A stretch of DNA of 64,000 nt from Spirochaetia bacterium. GTDB taxonomy: Bacteria > Spirochaetota > Spirochaetia > DSM-2461. The notes beneath the pieces were generated by a model that worked only from the letters and a program-made list of their open reading frames with translations, had not been told where the DNA came from and did no database searches. The translations under genes were made by a program, and so were the position numbers. The stretch spans positions 1,024,001 to 1,088,000 of the forward strand of contig CAXXIA010000001.1 of assembly GCA_963666985.2 (NCBI GenBank), given 5' to 3'. Below, in pieces: positions 56,789-64,000 of this stretch; the first letter of the stretch is position 1; each line of letters opens with the position of its first letter.

Positions 56789-59446
56789 TTATTCATTTTC
56801 TTCATCTTCTCCGTCGAGAACCATACGGACCGCATGAGAAAGCGCCGCCGTATCGAAGGGTTTTTCGAGATACTTCAACGAATCGTTCTTCGAAAGATTC
56901 ATCAGATCTTCTTCGTATATATAACCGAACATAAGAAGCGTCTTCACTTCGGGAAGACGTTCTCTGACTTTCTCGGCCAGAAGTCTCCCATCCATTTCCG
57001 GCATAATAACGTCCGTGATAAGCAAATCCGGCCGAATCGCATTCGAGCCGACCATTTCCAAAGCCGATTCCGGGTTGTCGGCGACCGTAACGCGATACCC
57101 CAGTGATTTGAGAGTATCGCCGACCATGGCTCTCAAAGCCTCTTCATCTTCCACAAGAAGGATACTCTCGTCTTTTCCCCGGAAGATTTCTTTTCGTTTT
57201 TCGGGAACCTGAATATCGTGAACAATAGGCAGAACAATGGTGAATTCGGCGCCTTTATTCGGCTCGCTTTCAACAGCGATGGTTCCGCCGATTTGCTTAA
57301 TGATTCCGTAAACAACCGAAAGACCAAGACCCGTTCCGCTGAATCGTCCTTTGGTCGTAAAAAACGGTTCGAAAATCTGAGCCTTAACCGAAGCATCCAT
57401 TCCCATTCCCGTATCGGAAATTTTCAGTACGATACAATTCTTAGGAAAACTCTTTGATTCGGCGTTATTTTTCGAATTTTGCTCTCCCTTCATCGTTGTG
57501 ATGGTCACGCTTCCGCCTTCCGGCATGGCATCGCGCGCATTAACGACCAGATTCATGATGACTTGTTCCAACTGAAGCGGGTCAGCCTTCAGCATATCGA
57601 GATTTTCTTCAAGTTCGACTTGCAAAGTGATGTGTTCTCCGATGAGGCGCCGCAGCATTTTCTCCAAACGCCGTATAAGATCATTCAAATCGATTATTTC
57701 AGGAGAATACGGCTGCTTGCGGCTGAAGGCCAAAAGCTGACGCGTTAAACCGGAAGACCGTTTCGTCGCTTCCAGGATTTCCCGTGCCGGGCCATAAGCA
57801 GGATCATCCTTGGGAATTTTATCCGTAAGAAACTCTCCGTACATCATGACGACGGCCAGGTAATTGTTGAAATCGTGAGCGACGCCTCCGGCGAGAATAC
57901 CGATTGATTCCAGTCTTTGGGTTTGACGAAGCTGCTCTTCAAGATTCCGCCGATCCGTGATATCCGACATAGTTCCCACCATGCACCCATCTATTTTTGA
58001 GGGACACTGAATCATCCTTGAAACGGCGGAGAACCACCTGTAATCCCCCGAACTGCCGCGGATGCGGTATTCAGACGATATCTGTTTTTTCAGCGGTAAA
58101 GACTCGATTTGCCGGAGAACGTCATCGAGATCGTCCGGATGAACGAATTCACCGATGGAATGTCCCAAAACATCCTGTTCCCGGTAACCGAGCACTCTTT
58201 CAACGGAAGGACTGATGAAAAGAATCCGATTGCTGTACGGATCGACTTGAAAGAGAATGTCCCCGATATTTTCCACGAGAATTCGATAATGCTCTTCCGT
58301 GTCCAGTTTTTCTTTTTCCGCCATGCGAAGACTTGTAACATCACCGATATATCCCTCAACCGCGACTGCCGATCCGGCCGAATCATAGACACCCTGTCCC
58401 TGTTCCAGACACCAGCGAACATGCCCCTGACGGTTAAGAATCCGATAGGCTGCGGAGAAGCTCTTCCGCTCTTGGAGGGCTTTCTGAATCTCCAGCCAAA
58501 GGGCGCTTCGATCTTCCTGCAAAATCAGCTCTCCAAATGATCTCACGGCATTGCCGATCAGTTCTTCAGGTGCATAGCCTGTCAGATCAAAACAACCTCC
58601 GCCGATAAACTCCATCCGACGATCCGGATAATTTCCGCATCGATAAGCAATCCCGGGAAGATGTCTTACCACCGACAGCAGACGCTCTTCCATTTCATGA
58701 GATCGTTCCTCAGCAGCCTTTCGGTCCGATATCTCCTGAGAGAGAATGAAAACTCCTTCAGGAACCGGGTGAATGGTGAATTCGAACTGACCATGCGAAC
58801 CGTCAGGAAATTCCAAATCGGCACCCATTCGATCGGAGATACGCTCCGTCATGCAGCGTTTAATATGAGCGAGGAATTCCGTGTCATCAATATTTGGGAA
58901 CAAATCATTGATTTTTCTGCCGAAAAAATCATTACGATTTCGCCTTGCATGAACGGCTCCGGCTTCGTTGATATAAATGTACTTCCATTCAAAATCAATA
59001 ATATGACAGCCTTCCATCAGCCCATCGAGAGTCTGCCGGTATCGTTCCTCCATTTCCCGCCTGGATTTTTCAAGGTCGATAAGAGTTTCTCTGAAAACGG
59101 AGATATCAATTCCATTACAGATTAAATATCTCTGCGCTCCATCGTCTTTTACTTTAAATCTGGTGAGAATCGATGTTTCGGTTCCATTAATATGCAGGAA
59201 AGGAATCTTGATTGAAGATTCCTTTGTCCCTTCAGCCGATTCAAGGATGTGAACGATATCGTCTTTTTGCTCCGACGGCAGAATATCGGAGATTGAAATC
59301 AGACCGCTTTTTTCAATATGAATTCCCGTTAGAGTCTCCAAACCGTAATTGCAGTCGATCAGCTTCAAATCTTCATCGAGGATGAATAAGATACCGGGCA
59401 AATCCTTCGGAAAGCGATCAAGGTAATCTTTTATATCGTTACCCAT
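56789..59446 (-). CDS. Multi-PAS hybrid histidine kinase with receiver domain
   Basis: Several PAS domains, GGVAHDFNN, NLVVNARDAM, EPFFTTK, GTGLGL, REC (LLVEDE, TDVIMP, KPF). Confidence 0.94.
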   Translation of the reverse strand: MGNDIKDYLDRFPKDLPGILFILDEDLKLIDCNYGLETLTGIHIEKSGLISISDILPSEQKDDIVHILESAEGTKESSIKIPFLHINGTETSILTRFKVKDDGAQRYLICNGIDISVFRETLIDLEKSRREMEERYRQTLDGLMEGCHIIDFEWKYIYINEAGAVHARRNRNDFFGRKINDLFPNIDDTEFLAHIKRCMTERISDRMGADLEFPDGSHGQFEFTIHPVPEGVFILSQEISDRKAAEERSHEMEERLLSVVRHLPGIAYRCGNYPDRRMEFIGGGCFDLTGYAPEELIGNAVRSFGELILQEDRSALWLEIQKALQERKSFSAAYRILNRQGHVRWCLEQGQGVYDSAGSAVAVEGYIGDVTSLRMAEKEKLDTEEHYRILVENIGDILFQVDPYSNRILFISPSVERVLGYREQDVLGHSIGEFVHPDDLDDVLRQIESLPLKKQISSEYRIRGSSGDYRWFSAVSRMIQCPSKIDGCMVGTMSDITDRRNLEEQLRQTQRLESIGILAGGVAHDFNNYLAVVMMYGEFLTDKIPKDDPAYGPAREILEATKRSSGLTRQLLAFSRKQPYSPEIIDLNDLIRRLEKMLRRLIGEHITLQVELEENLDMLKADPLQLEQVIMNLVVNARDAMPEGGSVTITTMKGEQNSKNNAESKSFPKNCIVLKISDTGMGMDASVKAQIFEPFFTTKGRFSGTGLGLSVVYGIIKQIGGTIAVESEPNKGAEFTIVLPIVHDIQVPEKRKEIFRGKDESILLVEDEEALRAMVGDTLKSLGYRVTVADNPESALEMVGSNAIRPDLLITDVIMPEMDGRLLAEKVRERLPEVKTLLMFGYIYEEDLMNLSKNDSLKYLEKPFDTAALSHAVRMVLDGEDEENE

Positions 59447-59554
59447 GCTACGATCTCCCTTATTTTCACAAATATCAGACGCCGTTGCATGACGAATATG
59501 CGGGACTTTAAGTCTAGTGGATTTACAAATATTCTGCGTAATGAATCGTCATGG

Positions 59555-59725
59555 AGATTCGGTTTGCCTACTGCCGAATTGGTTATGGAAGAAACAATCA
59601 TTCCGGAACTTAACGGCACAATGGAGGCCCAGCTGCTCAGTTACCTGAGCCTTTCGAAGATATCGGTCGGATGTGTGGTTAACTTCCGCGATGAACGAGT
59701 GTAATGGGATCGGCGTGTACTCAAT
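59555..59725 (+). pseudogene. Degenerate GxxExxY (PD-(D/E)XK nuclease-like) C-terminal fragment
   Basis: AELVMEETII.EL...EAQLLSYLSLSKISVGCVVNF matches the family C-terminus; N-terminus missing. Confidence 0.55.
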
Positions 59726-60272
59726 CCCATTACACGCTGATTTGTTTAAATAGATTCGGTGTAACGGGATAACTCTACTCATAAAACCGAGGAAGCTCTC
59801 TCCGGAGGGTTTTCTTCGGCAATGTGGGTTTCTACGTAAGATCTAATTCAATGTATACGCATTATTTGGACCCACCCCACGCCGAAACGCTTCAACGTCA
59901 TAAAATGACCAATTTTATGAAATTGATGCTCAAAATCTCGCCTCCGGGAGCCCTTCGGGTTCTGATAACGATGAGCGTTATCCGAACTTCCTGGGGTTGG
60001 ATGGAATCGGTAAGGGAAAGGCATCCTCGAACGGAAGAAACCCGGAGGGGAAGGATTCGGCCGGTCGGGGAATTCGGGCTATCGCGCTGCGCGCCATAGC
60101 CATTGGCCGTCACTTCAGGGATGCGCTGGGCCGCCCGTGGAGGGCGGCAGGACATAGGATAATCGAGCAAAGCGAACACTGCAAGGTTCCTATAATCGCG
60201 CGTTCTGTCGCTCGACTGTTTACTTGCGGAACGACTATTGGGCAGATTCGACATTCCGGCTATCACTCTGAA

Positions 60273-60643
60273 TGTAGTGTGATGGTATTTACCTGACACT
60301 CACCGGATAGAAACGGTGGGCCCCCTGCTCCTGAATGGTATGATGAAATCGCAACAAAATCACATGCCACAGGAGGACTCAGAGATGCCCACCACTCAGA
60401 CGGTAGCACAGAAAGCAGCACGTCGAAAGTTAAGTATGCTGGAACTGGCCACTGAACTGAACAATGTCAGCAAGGCCTGCAAGATCATGGGATATTCCCG
60501 CTGGCAGTTCTATGAGATCAGAAGAAACTTTCAAACTTATGGCGCTGAAGGTTTGCTCGATCAGATTCCAGGAGCCAGGAATCCCCATCCGAACAGAGTC
60601 AGTGAAGAAGTTGAAAAGGCCATCCTTGATTACTGCATGGAAC
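60273..60643 (+). mobile_element. IS481-family element, left part, interrupted by IS3
   Basis: TGT-starting left end. Transposase N-terminus from ATG 60385 (LELATELNNVSKACKIMGYSRWQFYEIRR...HPNRV) is cut at 60643. Confidence 0.85.
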
Positions 60644-60693
60644 TGAACCACCCCGGCTTTACCGGAGGCACAATTACTTGAGAGGATTGTGTC

Positions 60694-61014
60694 ATGGGAA
60701 AGCAAACAAGGTACCCCAAGGAAGTCCGGGAACAATCTGTCCGGATGGTGTTTGAGAAGCAGAAGGACAGCGAATCTCAGTGGTCGGCGATTTGTTCAAT
60801 ATCCGCTAAGATCGGCTGTACACCCGAAACACTCCGGAAATGGGTTCGGCAGGCAGAAATCGATGAAGGGCAGCGGGATGGTCTAACCAGTGAAGAGCGT
60901 AAGCGTCTTAAAGAGCTGGAAAAGGAGAATCGAGAACTTCGTACTGCCAACGAAATTCTTCGAAAGGCCTCAGCGTATTTTGCCCAGGCGGAGCTCGACC
61001 GCCGAAAGAACTGA
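60694..61014 (+). CDS. IS3 transposase OrfA
   Basis: RYPKEVRE, IGCTPETLRKWV, ENRELRTANEILRKASAYFAQAELDR. Confidence 0.95.
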   Translation: MGKQTRYPKEVREQSVRMVFEKQKDSESQWSAICSISAKIGCTPETLRKWVRQAEIDEGQRDGLTSEERKRLKELEKENRELRTANEILRKASAYFAQAELDRRKN

Positions 61015-61560
61015 TGGTCGGTTTTATCAATGAGAACCGGGAAGAATATGGAGTCGAGCCTATCTGCAAATCACTGCCGATTGCTCCGTCGACCTATCAT
61101 CTACAAAAAGCAAGAGAAGCTGATCCTGAACTCGAACCTGATCGAACACGTCGAGACCGGTTTCTTAAAAATGAGATTCAGGAGATATGGGATGAGAACC
61201 GTAGAGTCTACGGCGCCAGGAAAGTCTGGAAGGTTCTTAGAAATGAGAAGCATCTCCATGTAGCCAGGTGTACCGTCGAACGTCTTATGCGTTCTATGGG
61301 TCTCAGAGGCGTCATTCGGGGCAAGGGAACCAAGACCACCTTCCCGTCACCGAAAGATGAAAGACCCGAGGATCTGGTTAACAGAGATTTCACAGCTTCC
61401 AAGCCGAATCGGCTTTGGGTTGCGGATTTCACCTACGTTTCCACCTGGCAGGGCTTCGTCTATGTTGCCTTCATCATTGATGTCTTCTCCCGGATGATCG
61501 TCGGTTGGCGAGCTAGCCGGTCGATGAAAACCGACTTTACTCTTGATGCGCTCAATCAGG
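61014..61560 (+). pseudogene. IS3 transposase OrfB, 5' part
   Basis: YGARKVW, PNRLWVADFTYV, IIDVFSRMIVGW; broken at the IS21 junction. Confidence 0.92.
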
Positions 61561-61683
61561 TGTCAGCACCGGTGATAAATTTCCTGAAAACACCGGAATA
61601 AGATTTCCGGTTTTGAGCCAATAAAAACGGGCGAGTATCCCTAAGATGGAGTAACCATACACCCATCGAAAAGGACACTGCCC

Positions 61684-62937
61684 GTGAAGCTCCAGGAGAA
61701 ACGCATGCACCAGGCTCAAGTGCTGGCCAAGGAAGGGTACAAGCAGTACCGAATCGCCGAAATACTCGGCGTTACCGACCGAACGGTTCGAAATTACCTC
61801 AGCGGACACAGTCCCAAAATGAGCCCCAGGAAGAAACGGAAGAGCAAGCTCGACCACTTCAAATCCCATATTCGCAGTGTACTTGAGGAGGAACCGCTCT
61901 TCAATTGCGAGGTGCTTTATAAGAATCTTTGCGCCATGGGTTACACCGGAGGAATCACCATCCTCCGTGATTTCGCCAAAGAGACCCGAGATGAGATTCA
62001 GAGAGAAGTAGTTCGCCGCTTCGAAACCCAGGCCGGCTACCAGGCACAGATGGACTGGAAGATATTGCCGAAGGAACACTGGCGAGGCGTCTACGCCTTC
62101 GTCATGGTCCTCGGCTACAGCCGGACTCCCTATGTGAGATTCACCACCGATATGACCAGCGGCACACTGCTGGCCTGCCACCAGAAAGCCTTTGAGTATT
62201 TTGGCGGTGTTCCTCAGACTGTATTGTACGACAACATGAAAACAGCATGGGTCCACGACGGAGAAGAGTGGAAGACCAACTCCCGGTTACTGGAGTTCGC
62301 TTCCTCCTACGGTTTCTCTCCAAGACGATGCGCCGTCAGGCGTCCCCAGACCAAAGGAAAAGTAGAGAGGTTCATCGACTACCTTTCGGGTAACTTCCTT
62401 TCTCAGGCACGGCGTAGTGGCCTGAAGACGATCGAAGAACTCAATGACGCCATTCTGCCCTGGCTGACTGAAGTTCAGCAGAAAGAGCTCCGGGACTACC
62501 AGGAAAGTCGTGCCCAGCGATATGAGGTGGAGAAATCCTTCCTGCAACCGGCACCGCCAGAGGGAGCTTTTGACTACCGTGACAGCATTCAGCTCATTGT
62601 CAGTCGAGAAGGCTCAGTCACCTACAAGACTAACAAGTACAGCGTGCCGCCTGTATTGGTTGGTAAGAAGCTGACGCTGAAAATCGATGCGCTTTCCATG
62701 CAGGGGGAAATCCTCAATGGGAAGGTTTCCATACGGCTATTCAATCTCCTTCCAGCTGGCTCCCGGCAGAAGGATATCCGCAATGAAGATCGGGAAGCAC
62801 TCTTTACCCTGTGGGAGAAGCAGCGTAAGAAGTCGGCGAAAAAACCAGTCCGGAAGCAACAAGATGAGCAGACCATCGTCGATATCAGAAATCCTGCCTA
62901 CTATGAGCGCTTTGTCGCTGTGGGAGTCTCGGTATGA
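61684..62937 (+). CDS. istA: IS21 transposase IstA
   Basis: RRFETQAGYQAQMDW, LGYSR, FGGVP...YDNMKTA, RPQTKGKVER, YSVP. Confidence 0.96.
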   Translation: MKLQEKRMHQAQVLAKEGYKQYRIAEILGVTDRTVRNYLSGHSPKMSPRKKRKSKLDHFKSHIRSVLEEEPLFNCEVLYKNLCAMGYTGGITILRDFAKETRDEIQREVVRRFETQAGYQAQMDWKILPKEHWRGVYAFVMVLGYSRTPYVRFTTDMTSGTLLACHQKAFEYFGGVPQTVLYDNMKTAWVHDGEEWKTNSRLLEFASSYGFSPRRCAVRRPQTKGKVERFIDYLSGNFLSQARRSGLKTIEELNDAILPWLTEVQQKELRDYQESRAQRYEVEKSFLQPAPPEGAFDYRDSIQLIVSREGSVTYKTNKYSVPPVLVGKKLTLKIDALSMQGEILNGKVSIRLFNLLPAGSRQKDIRNEDREALFTLWEKQRKKSAKKPVRKQQDEQTIVDIRNPAYYERFVAVGVSV

Positions 62938-63698
62938 ATATCAAACTTGAGACCGTCACCGAGAGAATGAATTCGCTGGGTATGAGTTTCATGTCCGCAG
63001 GACTGGAATCCTTCCTGGCAGAACCCCGCCGGCAGGAACAGACGGTACTGGATATCGTTGCCGACTTGATGGAACTTGAATACATCCCCCGTAAAGAACG
63101 GAGCGCCAAGAGCCGCTTGAAGCTTTCAGGAATGCCGGCAGTGAAAAGGCTGGAAGACTTCGACAGGGGGTGGCTCAAAGGTGGTATCACCAACCGCCAG
63201 TTTGACGAGCTCTCCTCTCTGGCCTTCATCGAGCGAAAGGAGAACGTCATTCTCATGGGTCCCAGCGGCCTGGGAAAATCTCATCTGATGCTGGCCCTGG
63301 GGCACAAGGCCTGCATGGAGGGATTCACCACCTACCATACCACCTGCATCGACCTCATTGAGAACCTGGTTCTTGCCCGAGAGAACAACCGGCTCAAGCG
63401 TCGGCTGGTATGGCTCCGAAAACCGCACCTGCTTCTCATCGATGAAGTCGGTTACGAGAAGCTGACACCCGAACAGGCTAATCTTTTCTTCCAGGTTGTG
63501 AATGCCCGGTATGAACAGGGGAGTATGATCATTACGACGAACAAGCCATTTGGCAGATGGGCGGAGATAATGAGTGATGAGGCTGTTGCCAGTGCAACCC
63601 TGGACCGTCTGCTTCACCATGCTCATATCCTGAGTCTTCAAGGAGACTCGTACCGAATGAAGGATCGGTTGAAAGCGGGAGTCGTTGACTTCCTTTGA
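62934..63698 (+). CDS. istB: IS21 ATPase IstB
   Basis: GPSGLGKSHL, LLLIDEVGY, RYEQGS.IITTN, LDRLLHH, GDSYR. Confidence 0.97.
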   Translation: MNIKLETVTERMNSLGMSFMSAGLESFLAEPRRQEQTVLDIVADLMELEYIPRKERSAKSRLKLSGMPAVKRLEDFDRGWLKGGITNRQFDELSSLAFIERKENVILMGPSGLGKSHLMLALGHKACMEGFTTYHTTCIDLIENLVLARENNRLKRRLVWLRKPHLLLIDEVGYEKLTPEQANLFFQVVNARYEQGSMIITTNKPFGRWAEIMSDEAVASATLDRLLHHAHILSLQGDSYRMKDRLKAGVVDFL

Positions 63699-63763
63699 CG
63701 CCCAAAACCGGAAAAACTAAATCGGTGAAATCCGGAAATGTTTCGTCGGTGTTGACAATCAGG

Positions 63764-64000
63764 CGCTTTGGGCCAGGGAAGTAGTCGACGGTCTGATTCA
63801 TCACAGTGATCGTGGAAGGCAGTATCTTTCGTTTCGATATTCGGATCGATTGACAGAGGCCGGTATCGAGCCTTCGGTTGGGAGCAAAGGAGACTCGTAC
63901 GATAACGCAATGGCTGAGACTATCAACGGTCTCTACAAAGCCGAAGTCATCCACCGGAGGAGCTCATGGCAGAGAATAGAACAGGTTGAATTGGAAACCC
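63764..64000 (+). pseudogene. IS3 transposase OrfB, 3' part
   Basis: Resumes in frame after the duplication: ALWAR...IHHSDRGRQY...GDSYDNAMAETINGLYKAE. Confidence 0.93.

Larger units (their letters stand above)
61561..63757 (+). mobile_element. Complete IS21-family element with 6-bp target duplication
   Basis: TGTCAGCACCG / CGGTGTTGACA ends with repeated subterminal TTTCCGG motifs; ATCAGG duplicated at 61555-61560 and 63758-63763. Confidence 0.96.
60644..64000 (+). mobile_element. IS3-family (IS51 group) element, interrupted by IS21, continuing beyond the window
   Basis: IRL TGAACCACCCCGG, orfA and a split orfB. Confidence 0.92.

Noticed and set aside
59824..60299. Short ORFs and hairpins upstream of IS481
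   Set aside because: Overlapping ORFs in several frames with no recognisable motif; could not support a gene, attC site or named RNA.

Overview
Bacterial chromosomal window, probably from a free-living spirochaete (inference from the spoVG-tRNA-Gln-rplY-pth-tilS-ftsH order, spirochaete-type lipoboxes, and FapA/Maf flagellar-associated genes). About 45 kb is housekeeping: uvrB, comM, rnhA, a phosphohexomutase, an nlpD-like gene next to an RpoS-like sigma, lepA, ftsH, tilS, pth, rplY, spoVG, sppA, hrpA, dinB and four tRNAs. This is followed by a sugar-ABC/sulfatase catabolic cluster, a two-component/FapA block and three nested insertion sequences (IS481 interrupted by IS3, interrupted by IS21). 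The most notable observations are: (1) a modular tandem array of ~200-bp units built on the tRNA-Pro 3' end, each with its own terminator and different inserted hairpins, just upstream of the nlpD-sigma genes; (2) about ten genes whose start codon lies 5-7 nt after a -10 hexamer with no Shine-Dalgarno, suggesting widespread leaderless translation; (3) an antisense gene wedged between the phosphohexomutase gene and rnhA that shares its signals with rnhA; (4) a coupled GAF-PAS adenylate cyclase / membrane-anchored HEAT-repeat pair; (5) an IS200/IS605-like hairpin mini-element; (6) two +1 homopolymer frameshifts (rhodanese lipoprotein, hrpA) that may be assembly errors. All calls come from reading motifs by eye; no database searches were run.
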